Assembly (NCBI GenBank): GCA_031423635.1
Contig: JANPFX010000086.1
Coordinates: 2,123-66,122 of the forward strand
Direction of reading: 5' to 3'
Length of the DNA: 64,000 nt
From: Acidimicrobiia bacterium
Lineage (GTDB): Bacteria; Actinomycetota; Acidimicrobiia; Acidimicrobiales; JANYDT01
In this document: positions 21,007 to 29,887 of the stretch, piece after piece
Numbering within the stretch: the stretch's first letter is position 1
Layout of the letters: every line of letters begins with the position of its first letter
Translations under genes and position numbers: made by a program
The notes under the pieces: model-generated
Seen by the model: only the letters and a program-made list of their open reading frames with translations
Databases searched by the model: none
What the model was told of the DNA's origin: nothing

Positions 21007-22269
21007 GTGACCAGCGTGTCTGACGGATCAGCTGCCCAGGTTCCGTTGGGGATGGCCGAAGTGCTCGCCCTTTTGGATCAGTCGGGCGAGAGGCCGGCAG
21101 CGAAGCCCGATCTCCTTCGCGGTCGGGGATCGCGTCCCGCCGACGCCGATCTGACCGGTCCGTTCCGGATGGCCGTCACGTTTGCGGTGGTGCTGAGGCG
21201 TGCCGGGCTTGCTGTCCCCGTCGGTTCGGTCATCACGTTCGCCGAGGCGCTCGGCGCCGTTGGCATGGAGCGGCGCAGCGCGGTGTACTGGGCTGGCCGG
21301 GGTGTTCTCGTTCGTCGCCCGGAGGACATCGGCCTGTTCGATCGTGTCTTTGCCGCCTTCTGGCTCGGTCGGGTCGGTGGAGCGGCCCAGATGCCGATCG
21401 AGCAACAGGTGCAGATCGCGTTCGACGCAGATGAGGGATCGGGTGACGGCGACGACGCACCGCCGACCGAGGATCCGGCGGGAGAGACCATCGCCGTGCG
21501 GTTCAGCGCAATGGAGACGCTGCGACAGAAGGACTTTGCCGATTACACGCCAGCCGAGTTCGACGAGGCCCGGCGACTCATGGCGGCACTCCGTTTCGCC
21601 GAGTCGACCCGTCGAAGCCGACGGCTGAGATCGGCAAAACTAGGTGTACATACGAGCTATCCGGATCTTCGGCGCACGGTACGTCAGGCGCTGAAAACCG
21701 ATGGTGTGCCGATGCAGCGCCGCTACCGCGAGCAGTCGGAACGTCCGCGTCGAATCGTGTTCCTCTGCGATGTGAGCGGTTCGATGGAGTCCTACTCCCG
21801 CGCGCTGTTGCGCTTCTGCCAGGCAGCGGTGGTCGGCCGCGGGCGGGTGGAAGCCTTTGCCATGGGGACGCGGCTCACGAGGCTCACCAAGGAGCTGACC
21901 TCACGCGACCCCGACCTTGCCCTCGCGAAGGCGGCGGCACGGGTCGTCGACTGGTCGGGAGGCACGCGCCTGGGGGAGGGGCTCCGCTCGTTCAATGACC
22001 AGTGGGGGGTTCGCGGGATGGCCCGCGGTTCGATCATCGTGGTGCTCTCCGATGGCTGGGATCGCGGCGACCCGGAACTCCTGGGCGAGCAGATGGGCCG
22101 CCTGCACCGCATCGCCCACCAGGTCGTGTGGGTCAACCCACTGAAGGCCTCACCCGGCTACGCACCCCTGGCCCGGGGCATGGCCGCGGCCCTACCGCAC
22201 GTCGATGTGTTCTTGGAGGGCCACTCGCTCGCCTCGCTCGAGACCCTGGCCGCAGCACTGCGCGCCTGA
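21007..22269 (+). CDS. VWA-domain protein (CoxE-like)
   Basis: MIDAS CDVSGSM, WSGGTRLG, SDGWDRG, WVNPLK; follows the CoxD-like ATPase. Confidence 0.92.
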   Translation: MTSVSDGSAAQVPLGMAEVLALLDQSGERPAAKPDLLRGRGSRPADADLTGPFRMAVTFAVVLRRAGLAVPVGSVITFAEALGAVGMERRSAVYWAGRGVLVRRPEDIGLFDRVFAAFWLGRVGGAAQMPIEQQVQIAFDADEGSGDGDDAPPTEDPAGETIAVRFSAMETLRQKDFADYTPAEFDEARRLMAALRFAESTRRSRRLRSAKLGVHTSYPDLRRTVRQALKTDGVPMQRRYREQSERPRRIVFLCDVSGSMESYSRALLRFCQAAVVGRGRVEAFAMGTRLTRLTKELTSRDPDLALAKAAARVVDWSGGTRLGEGLRSFNDQWGVRGMARGSIIVVLSDGWDRGDPELLGEQMGRLHRIAHQVVWVNPLKASPGYAPLARGMAAALPHVDVFLEGHSLASLETLAAALRA

Positions 22270-22297
22270 CTCGCTCTGCCCCGAGCCCCACCCCGCC

Positions 22298-22344
22298 GAG
22301 AGTGAAGTCTCCGTCGCTCCAGGAGCGACCAAGGTCTCATTCTC
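22298..22344. repeat. Nested palindrome / REP-like stem-loop
   Basis: Outer GAGAGTGA (22298-22305) / TCATTCTC (22337-22344); inner perfect GTCGCTCC-A-GGAGCGAC (22313-22329). Confidence 0.7.
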
Positions 22345-22470
22345 TCGACATCGTCCACCGCGAACCTTGGGCTGGCGACCCTGACCTGGTCGAACGCGCC
22401 GTTGCGCCGACAGAGGGGGGTATCCACCACCTGCTCGCATCACTGGAGTACATGAAATACACTGAAAAAC

Positions 22471-23421
22471 ATGCAAAGACATGGCGTGATGTCCCGAACC
22501 GACCTTCTTGCCGCCGGCATCAGCTCGAATGAGATCCAGCGCCTTGTCCGCGGCCGGCGTTGGACGAGGCTGCGGACCGGCATCTACGCGACGACACCGA
22601 AGGCCGTACGCGAGCCCTGGCTGCTCACGTTCGCCGGTGAGCTCTGCTGGGGCGGTGAACATGCGGCGATGTCGCACCGGGCCGCGGCGTTTCTCTACGG
22701 ACTCGACGGCTTCCTCGCGCCGGGGGTGCCGGACATCGTCGTCCCGGCTTCATCGGCATGCAGGGGCGCGAATGTGCACCGCACCCAGTTCGTCCTCCCG
22801 ACCGTCACCCTCTTCAGCCTTCCCGTTGTCACGCCGGAGGTGTGCATCGCCCAACTGGGTCACGTAGTCAGCGAGAACGCCGTCGAGGCCGTGCTCGAGT
22901 CTGCGCTGCGTCATGGCCTCACCACCCTCGAGCGCCTGCGCTCCTTCGTTGACGGCCCTCTCGGCCGTATCGACGGCGGCAAGGTGCTGCGTTCGATGGT
23001 GCGCCGCAGGCCTGCCGGTCTCCCCCCGACGGCCTCGCCCCTGGAGACGTCGGTGGTCCAGATCCTGCGTTCCTTCGGCTGTCGCTCGGTGGAGCGCCAG
23101 GCGCGGGTCGACGGCATCGCGTTCTCGCTCGTGGCCCGCAAGCGACACCTAGCGGTTTCCTGCTGCCCGGGTTCGAGGCGAGTGCTCCGTGACCACGAAC
23201 GGGCCCTCTTGTTCGAGAACGGATGGACGGTCGTCGAGGTGACCCAGGCCGAGTTTCTCGCCGACGAGCAGGCGGTAGCCGAATCGGTCCGCACGGCGAT
23301 CGTGACCGCTTCCCGGCAGTCGGCGCGTCAGCGTCGCCTCAGCCGACGCGCCGAGCTGCCTCCCCGTCGCCGCCCTCAGCGCCCCGAAGCTCTGTCGCTG
23401 CGCAGTTCGCCGGCTGCGTAG
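22471..23421 (+). CDS. AbiEi-like N-terminal wHTH protein with degenerate DUF559-like C-terminal domain
   Basis: QRHGVMSRTDLLAAGIS...WTRLRTGIY, AMSHRAAAFLYGL, LPVVTPE, SPLET, ENGWTVVEVT; TACACT 7 nt before the ATG. Confidence 0.8.
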   Translation: MQRHGVMSRTDLLAAGISSNEIQRLVRGRRWTRLRTGIYATTPKAVREPWLLTFAGELCWGGEHAAMSHRAAAFLYGLDGFLAPGVPDIVVPASSACRGANVHRTQFVLPTVTLFSLPVVTPEVCIAQLGHVVSENAVEAVLESALRHGLTTLERLRSFVDGPLGRIDGGKVLRSMVRRRPAGLPPTASPLETSVVQILRSFGCRSVERQARVDGIAFSLVARKRHLAVSCCPGSRRVLRDHERALLFENGWTVVEVTQAEFLADEQAVAESVRTAIVTASRQSARQRRLSRRAELPPRRRPQRPEALSLRSSPAA

Positions 23422-23452
23422 GGGGATTCGGGAGCGGCGGTAGTCTCGTCGC

Positions 23453-23770
23453 ATGCGTGAAGTCCTCTCCGACATCGAGCGATGGAGGCGTCAGGGCAAG
23501 CGGGTCGCTATCGCTCGCGTCGTCGGGATCGAGGGCTCCGGCCCGCGCGATCCGGGCGCCACCATGGCGGTCAGCAGCGATGGAGAGGTCGCCGGATCGG
23601 TTTCGGGAGGGTGCGTCGAAGGGGCGGTGCTCCATGAAGCGCTGAGCGTGCTCAACGGAGAGCGCAGCGCGGGTGTCGTCACATTCGGTTACTCCGACGA
23701 TGAGGCTTTTGCCGTGGGCCTCACGTGCGGCGGAACTCTGCACTTGTTCGTGGAGGAACTCGCGTGGTGA
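23453..23770 (+). CDS. XdhC/CoxF family, stand-alone N-terminal domain
   Basis: GSGPRDPGATM, GSVSGGCVEGAV, AFAVGLTCGG; TAGTCT 6 nt before the ATG. Confidence 0.9.
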   Translation: MREVLSDIERWRRQGKRVAIARVVGIEGSGPRDPGATMAVSSDGEVAGSVSGGCVEGAVLHEALSVLNGERSAGVVTFGYSDDEAFAVGLTCGGTLHLFVEELAW

Positions 23771-24579
23771 GTCCCGTCGTCGGGGCGCCTCTGTACGACG
23801 CACTCCGTGACGCCATCCGGGCCGAACAGCCCGTCGCTCTCGCCACGCTGGTGGAGCGCACGGACGGGGTCCCCGTCATCGGTCATCTCATCGTCCGTCC
23901 GGGTGAAGCGGCTCGTGGCACGCTGGGAAACGACGAGCTCGACCGGGTCGTTGCCCGAGATGCGGAAGGCGAGCTCGCCGCCGGTCTCACCTCGATGCGG
24001 CGTTACGGGCCCAACGGCGAAGCCCGCCAGGACGACGTGAGCGTCTTCATCGAGAGCTTCGCTCCGCCGCCGCGCATGGTCATCTTCGGCGCGGTCGACT
24101 TCACCGCCGCGCTCGTCCGGGCAGCGAAGCTTCTCGGCTACCGGGTCACGGTCTGCGACGCCCGCCCGGTGTTCGCCACTACACAGCGGTTCCCGCTCGC
24201 CGATGAAGTCGTGAACGACTGGCCTGACCGCTACCTCGACGCGCAGGGATCCAGCCTTGGACCTTCCGATGTCGTATGCGTGCTTACTCACGACCCGAAG
24301 TTCGATGTTCCGGCCATAACCTCGGCCGTGAAGACGGAGGTGGGATACATCGGTGCGATGGGTTCGCGCAAGACGCACGCAACCCGCACCGACCGTTTGC
24401 GGGAGGCCGGTCTTTCCGAGTCTGAGCTCGCCCGGGTCATGGGGCCGATCGGCATTGACATCGGCGCCCGCACCCCCGAGGAGACGGCGATCTCCATCGT
24501 TGCGGAGATCATCGCGTTGCGTACCGGACGCGCGGTCGCCTCGCTGCGCGACGGTGACGGCCCGATCCATCGTCGTTGA
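23767..24579 (+). CDS. XdhC/CoxI family, C-terminal Rossmann-domain part
   Basis: IFGAVDF, CDARPVFAT, LTHDPKFD, YIGAMGSRKT, PIGIDIGARTPEETAISIVAEII; GTGA coupling to the upstream gene. Confidence 0.92.
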   Translation: MSPVVGAPLYDALRDAIRAEQPVALATLVERTDGVPVIGHLIVRPGEAARGTLGNDELDRVVARDAEGELAAGLTSMRRYGPNGEARQDDVSVFIESFAPPPRMVIFGAVDFTAALVRAAKLLGYRVTVCDARPVFATTQRFPLADEVVNDWPDRYLDAQGSSLGPSDVVCVLTHDPKFDVPAITSAVKTEVGYIGAMGSRKTHATRTDRLREAGLSESELARVMGPIGIDIGARTPEETAISIVAEIIALRTGRAVASLRDGDGPIHRR

Positions 24580-24583
24580 GCTG

Positions 24584-25192
24584 ATGCCCGACATCGTCCC
24601 GCGCATCGCCGCGGTCGTGCTGTGCGCAGGCGGCGCTACTCGATGGCAGGAGTCCGCTGTCCGAGCGGGGCTCGCCGTGTCGAACAAGCTCCTCGCCCCA
24701 TTGCGCGGACGCACCGTTGTCGAATGGTCGGTCGAGCATGCCAAGGCCGCTTCGTTCGATGCGACGATCGTCGTGAGCGGCGCTGTCTCCCTTCCACTGG
24801 CCCTCGTCCACGACCCTTCTCTCACGATCGTGTCCAACCCCCGTTGGACCGATGGCCAAGCCGGGTCACTCGCCCTGGCCCTCGATCGTTGTCGCGAACT
24901 GGGCGTCGACATTGCGGTGTGTGGGCTGGGGGATCAGCCGTTCATCGAGCCGGAAGCGTGGTCGATCATGGGCCGGACCCCCGTTGCCACGCCGATAGCG
25001 GTGGCGACGTACGGCGGCGTTCGGCGCAATCCCGTCCGGCTGGCGGCCGAAACCTGGACGCTGATCCCGCGGACAGGAGACGAAGGGGCCCGGCCTCTCC
25101 TGCGCAAACGGCCGGAGTGGGTAACAGAACTATCGTGTCCCGGCAACCCGATCGACATCGACACTGTGGAGGATCTCCTGTCATGGAGCTGA
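24584..25192 (+). CDS. Molybdenum cofactor cytidylyltransferase (MocA-like nucleotidyltransferase)
   Basis: VVLCAGGATRW, KLLAPL, NPRWTDGQAGSL, LGDQP, RRNPV, GDEGAR, DIDTVEDL. Confidence 0.88.
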   Translation: MPDIVPRIAAVVLCAGGATRWQESAVRAGLAVSNKLLAPLRGRTVVEWSVEHAKAASFDATIVVSGAVSLPLALVHDPSLTIVSNPRWTDGQAGSLALALDRCRELGVDIAVCGLGDQPFIEPEAWSIMGRTPVATPIAVATYGGVRRNPVRLAAETWTLIPRTGDEGARPLLRKRPEWVTELSCPGNPIDIDTVEDLLSWS

Positions 25193-25914
25193 CCAACGAA
25201 TTTCAAGTTCACGTACCGATCGCCCGGGCGTGGGCGGTGCTCACCGATGTGGAGACGATCGCGCCGTGCCTTCCGGGCGCGCAGCTCGAAGAGGTCGAGG
25301 GCGATGAGTACCGCGGTGGCGTGAAGATCAAGGTCGGACCGATCACCGCCTCGTACAAGGGCAAGGCCACGTTCCTCGAGAAGGACGACGTCAACCACGT
25401 GGCCAAGTTGCGGGGTGAGGGGCGCGACTCCAAGGGTCAGGGCAATGCGTCGGTCACGGTCACGATGCGCCTCACTGCTGTTGGCACCGAGTCGACGAAG
25501 GTGAACATCCACAACGACTTGTCCATCTCCGGGAAGGTCGCTCAGTTTGCCCGCGCCAGCGTACTTTCGGAGGTCAGTGAGAAACTGCTGTCACAGTTCG
25601 TCGAATGCCTTCATCACGACGTCCTGAGCGAACCGGAGGAGACGCTCGCTGCCGTGGCCACGGCTTCCGCTGAGGCCGCCGGCGCCGCGGCGACCACCGC
25701 GAGCGGTGCGACCGCTGGTGCCGCACCGTCGACTTCCGGCGGTTCATCCTCGGAGCCCACGGATCCGGTCAAGCCGACGGTCCGCAAGATCGAGTACAAG
25801 GCCGCCGAACCTGTTGACCTGTTGGAGACGGCAGGCACGCCCATTCTCAAGCGCGTTGCCCCGGTCGCGCTCGTGCTCTTGGCGCTGTTCCTGCTGTTCC
25901 GCCGGCGGAAGTAG
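25183..25914 (+). CDS. coxG: CoxG-like SRPBCC protein with C-terminal membrane anchor
   Basis: IAPCLPGAQL, KVGPITASYKG, ISGKVAQF; Ala/Thr linker and C-terminal TM ending in RRRK. Confidence 0.88.
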   Translation: MELTNEFQVHVPIARAWAVLTDVETIAPCLPGAQLEEVEGDEYRGGVKIKVGPITASYKGKATFLEKDDVNHVAKLRGEGRDSKGQGNASVTVTMRLTAVGTESTKVNIHNDLSISGKVAQFARASVLSEVSEKLLSQFVECLHHDVLSEPEETLAAVATASAEAAGAAATTASGATAGAAPSTSGGSSSEPTDPVKPTVRKIEYKAAEPVDLLETAGTPILKRVAPVALVLLALFLLFRRRK

Positions 25915-25932
25915 GCCGCGACCCTTCTCCTC

Positions 25933-27102
25933 GTGAGTGCATCGGCGGAAGCGCCAACTTCGATCCGTCGGCCCTTCACCTGGCTCGTGGCCGCCAAGTT
26001 CTGCGTGAACATGGCGCTGCGGCTCGCCTATCCGTTCAACACCGACATCGCCCGGGGTCTCGGCGTGTCCCTCGATTCCGTGGGGCGCGTCCAGGGACTC
26101 GGCGAACTGACCGGTTTGGCGAACATCGGCATCGGCCATCAACTCGACCGAGGGCACACACGGCGCTGGATCCTGGTCGGTGTCGCGATGGCAGGGGTCG
26201 GGGCTCTGCTGCTCGGAGCCGGATCGACCCTGTGGGTCTTCGGCATCTGTTCGGCACTCATCGCCTGTGGCACGGCCATCATGACGACATCAGCGCAGAC
26301 GTGGATCGGCGTCCGGGTTCCCTATGCCCAGCGCGGACGCGTCATCGGCGTCTACGAAGCCTCGTGGGCGCTTTCGCTCCTCGTGGGCGCGCCGATCGCC
26401 GGATACCTGATCGACCGTGGTTCGTGGTGGTGGCCGTTCCTCGGCATCGGGGCGCTGACGATTGCCGTGATCCCGATGCTGGCCCGATCCCTTGTCGCGC
26501 ACGAAACGCGCCCGACGGAGAAGCCCTCCCGTGCCGGGACCCCGCCACCACGCATCGATTGGAACCGCCGAGTGCTCGCGGCCGTCGCAACCTCGACGCT
26601 GCTCACTCTCGGGGCGGTGGTGGTGTTCGCTTCGTACGGGGCGTGGTTGAAGGACCGCCATGGGTTCTCCACGGCATCAGTCAGCGCGCTTACCATTGGT
26701 TTGGGCGTGGTCGAATTGCTGGGAAGCGGCTCCACTGCGGCGTTCGCTGACCGACTCGGCAAGCGTCGATCCGTGGCGTTGGGTGCCGTGCTCATGGCAC
26801 TCGCGTCGCTCCTTGTCGTCTCCTCGCGAAGCTCGACGCTGCTCGCCTCCTCCGGTGTGGTGCTGTTGTTCGGTTCGTTCGAGTTCGCCTTCGTCTCCCA
26901 GCTCTCGATCAACTCCGAAGTCGGCGGCGCCGCCCGCGGACGCTTCATGGCGATCAACGGCGCAATCGTGACCGCGTCCCGAGCGGTCGGAGCAGCCCTC
27001 GGCACCTGGCTGTACGTGCACTCCGGCATGGCGACAGTCGCCGTGCTGTCGTTCGGCTGCGCGGTTGCGGCAACTGCCGCGATCACCTCGACCTTCGAGT
27101 GA
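25933..27102 (+). CDS. MFS transporter
   Basis: About 12 hydrophobic segments; ADRLGKRR motif A; QRGRVIG. Confidence 0.88.
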   Translation: MSASAEAPTSIRRPFTWLVAAKFCVNMALRLAYPFNTDIARGLGVSLDSVGRVQGLGELTGLANIGIGHQLDRGHTRRWILVGVAMAGVGALLLGAGSTLWVFGICSALIACGTAIMTTSAQTWIGVRVPYAQRGRVIGVYEASWALSLLVGAPIAGYLIDRGSWWWPFLGIGALTIAVIPMLARSLVAHETRPTEKPSRAGTPPPRIDWNRRVLAAVATSTLLTLGAVVVFASYGAWLKDRHGFSTASVSALTIGLGVVELLGSGSTAAFADRLGKRRSVALGAVLMALASLLVVSSRSSTLLASSGVVLLFGSFEFAFVSQLSINSEVGGAARGRFMAINGAIVTASRAVGAALGTWLYVHSGMATVAVLSFGCAVAATAAITSTFE

Positions 27103-27650
27103 TCGGCGAGACTGACAACGTGACGAAAGGACCTCACGACCCGACCCTCCGGCCGACCAGCGAGCAGGACCTCCTCGTCGTGACCCAACTCCTCGGGCGG
27201 GTCCCGAAGGCTGCCTTCGATGTCGTCGTCCGCCGTCGCGACGGGGTTCCGGTGGTGACCCGCAATGCGCCGTTCGAGCGCGACGGCACACCGATGCCGA
27301 CGAGATACTGGCTCCTTCCTTCGGCCCGGGCCAACGACGCCATCGGCAGGCTCGAAGCCGGCGGCGGGGTCCGGGCGGTGGAGGCCGACGTCTCCGCCGA
27401 GGACATCGTGGTCGCCCACGCGGCCTACGCCCGCGATCGCGACGCCGCCATCCCGCCCGCGTGGGCCGGGCCGCGTCCGAGCGGGGGTGTCGGCGGCACG
27501 CGCCAGGGAACGAAGTGTCTCCACGCCCACTACGCCTTCTTCCTGGCGGGTGGCCCTGACCCGGTCGGCCGATGGGTGTGGGAACGACTGGCGCCGAAGG
27601 ACCGCGATGAACCGATCCGTCGGATCGGGGAAGAATCGGAGTCGCCATGA
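27099..27650 (+). CDS. DUF501 family protein
   Basis: QLLGRVP, DGTPMPTRYWL, IGRLEAGGG, GGVGGTRQGTKCLHAH; adjacent to ppx. Confidence 0.9.
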   Translation: MIGETDNVTKGPHDPTLRPTSEQDLLVVTQLLGRVPKAAFDVVVRRRDGVPVVTRNAPFERDGTPMPTRYWLLPSARANDAIGRLEAGGGVRAVEADVSAEDIVVAHAAYARDRDAAIPPAWAGPRPSGGVGGTRQGTKCLHAHYAFFLAGGPDPVGRWVWERLAPKDRDEPIRRIGEESESP

Positions 27651-28582
27651 ACGTCGCCGCCATCGACATCGGATCGAACTCGACCCGCCTGCTCATCCTC
27701 GACCATGCGGGTGCCGAGGTCATGCGGGAAGTCACCGTCACCAAGCTCGGTGCCGGCGTCGATGCCACCGGCATGCTCGCCGCCGACGCCATAGAGCGGA
27801 CGCTCGCCAGCCTCCGTGCTTACGCCACCGCTCTCGAGCACCATGAGGTGAGCGTCGGACATCTGCGGGTCACGACCACCTCAGCGTCTCGGGACGCGAC
27901 GAACCGCAGCGAGTTCTTCGAGTTGGTCGATGCCGCCGTCGGCAGGCGCCCGGAACTCCTCAGCGGCGCGGAAGAAGCCGAGCTGTCGTTCCGGGGCGCG
28001 ACGTCCTGGCTGTCACCGCGCACCAACGAGTGGGGAGAGCCGCTCTACGACGTGGTCGTCGACATCGGTGGCGGGTCGACGGAGTTGGCGGTCGGGCGCC
28101 CCGGTGAACCTCCCGTCGGCGTGTGGTCGATCGATGCCGGCTGTGTCCGATTCACTGAGCAGTGGCTGCGCGGGAATCCCCCCAACGCGGAGGAACTCTC
28201 CAACGCCGTGACGGTGATGCATTCACACCTCGACGATGCCGAACGGGAGATCCCGGAGCTCAAGTCGGCGGACCGTCTCATCGGCGTCGCCGGGTCCATC
28301 GTCACGGTGGCCGCTGTCGAAATCGGCCTACCCGCCTACGACCGCGAGCGACTCCACCGGTTCGAGGTCACGCGAGCCGCCGCGGAGGACGTGTTCCGCA
28401 CCCTGGCCACCGAGAACCGTCGTGATCGGGCACACAATCCGGGCCTGGCGCCGGACCGGGTCGACACCATTGTCGCCGGTGCGCTGATTCTCGTGACCGT
28501 GATGCGCCACTGGAAGCATGACCGGTGTCTGGTCTCGGAGGCGGACGGCCTGGATGCCTCGGCCCGTTCCCTGCTCGGCTGA
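27647..28582 (+). CDS. ppx: Ppx/GppA family exopolyphosphatase
   Basis: AAIDIGSNSTRLL, TSASRDATN, GAEEAELSF, DIGGGSTE. Confidence 0.93.
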   Translation: MNVAAIDIGSNSTRLLILDHAGAEVMREVTVTKLGAGVDATGMLAADAIERTLASLRAYATALEHHEVSVGHLRVTTTSASRDATNRSEFFELVDAAVGRRPELLSGAEEAELSFRGATSWLSPRTNEWGEPLYDVVVDIGGGSTELAVGRPGEPPVGVWSIDAGCVRFTEQWLRGNPPNAEELSNAVTVMHSHLDDAEREIPELKSADRLIGVAGSIVTVAAVEIGLPAYDRERLHRFEVTRAAAEDVFRTLATENRRDRAHNPGLAPDRVDTIVAGALILVTVMRHWKHDRCLVSEADGLDASARSLLG

Positions 28583-28660
28583 CGGCTTCTCGGGGGGAGG
28601 CGGGTGGCCGCGACTGCGCCAAATGACTTGTCACTGGTGCGCTGAGGGTTTGGGAGACTC

Positions 28661-29887
28661 GTGACTGTGAACGCGTCGACACCCCTCCAGATCGGCGCGC
28701 TGACGCTGTCCCATCCGGTGGTCCTCGCTCCGATGGCCGGCGTGACGAACGCCCCGTTCCGCCAGCTGTGCCGGCGTTACGGTGGCGCGCTCTACGTATC
28801 GGAAATGGTCATGGCCCGGGCGGTGCTCGAACAAACGCCGCGCACGATGCGAATGGTGCACTTCGGTGCCGATGAGACCACCCGTTCGCTACAGCTCTAC
28901 GGCACGGAGCCGCACTCACTCGGTGAGGCCGTCCGACGGCTTGTGGCCGCCGGGGACGTGGACCACATCGACATGAACTTCGGCTGTCCGGCGCCGAAGG
29001 TCACCCGCAACGGTGGGGGCTCGGCAGTACCGGTGAAGCGCGCGCTTTTCCGTTCTATCGTTCGGGCCGCGGTGCAGGCGGCATTCGCGGAGTCCGGTGG
29101 GCTGGTGCCCATCACCATCAAGTTCCGAAAAGGCATCCGCGACGACTTGCTCACGTTCCTCGACGCCGGTCGGATCGGTGAGGAGGAAGGGGTCGCCGCC
29201 GTCTCACTCCACGCCCGAACGGCAGAGCAGCTCTACTCCGGCGACGCCGACTGGTCCGCGATCGCTGAGCTGAAGCAGGCGGTGACGACCATTCCCGTGC
29301 TCGGCAACGGCGACATCTGGGAAGCCGAGGATGCGCTGCGCATGATGGCCGAGACCGGCTGCGATGGCGTGGTGGTCGGGCGTGGGTGCCTTGGCCGTCC
29401 CTGGTTGTTCGGTGATCTCGCTGCAGCCTTCGACGGCAAGGACATTCCTCCGCCCCCGCGACTGGGCGAGGTCATGGTCACCATGCGCGAGCACGCAGCG
29501 TTGCTTGTCGAACATTTCGACGGACTTCCCCTCTCGCGACGCCGTGCCCAGGACCTCGGACCGGTCGAGGCGGCGGCGGCCCGGGCCATCGGTAACGGCA
29601 AGGGCATCCGCGACTTCCGCAAGCATGCCGGCTGGTACATGACGGGCTACACCGTCGGTCCCGATGTCCGGCGTCGTCTCGGGATGGTCTCGTCGCTTCC
29701 CGAGCTCGACGATGTGCTGGCGGAGCTCGATCCGACCCTCGAGCTCGTCGAGGGTGGTCGCCGATTCAAACGTGGACATACGAATGGTCCGAAGCCGGTG
29801 CATCTACCCTACGGCTACCTCGACGACCGCGATGATCCGACACCCCCGTCGCTCGACGCCGAGATCGCCGGTGGCTCTGGTGGTTGA
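28661..29887 (+). CDS. dusB: tRNA-dihydrouridine synthase B
   Basis: LAPMAGVT, IDMNFGCP, HARTAEQLYSG, GNGDI, VGRGCLGRPW. Confidence 0.95.
   Translation: MTVNASTPLQIGALTLSHPVVLAPMAGVTNAPFRQLCRRYGGALYVSEMVMARAVLEQTPRTMRMVHFGADETTRSLQLYGTEPHSLGEAVRRLVAAGDVDHIDMNFGCPAPKVTRNGGGSAVPVKRALFRSIVRAAVQAAFAESGGLVPITIKFRKGIRDDLLTFLDAGRIGEEEGVAAVSLHARTAEQLYSGDADWSAIAELKQAVTTIPVLGNGDIWEAEDALRMMAETGCDGVVVGRGCLGRPWLFGDLAAAFDGKDIPPPPRLGEVMVTMREHAALLVEHFDGLPLSRRRAQDLGPVEAAAARAIGNGKGIRDFRKHAGWYMTGYTVGPDVRRRLGMVSSLPELDDVLAELDPTLELVEGGRRFKRGHTNGPKPVHLPYGYLDDRDDPTPPSLDAEIAGGSGG

Noticed and set aside
22471-23421. Complete type IV AbiE toxin-antitoxin or defence system
   Set aside because: No AbiEii nucleotidyltransferase partner; the nearby nucleotidyltransferase is MocA-like.
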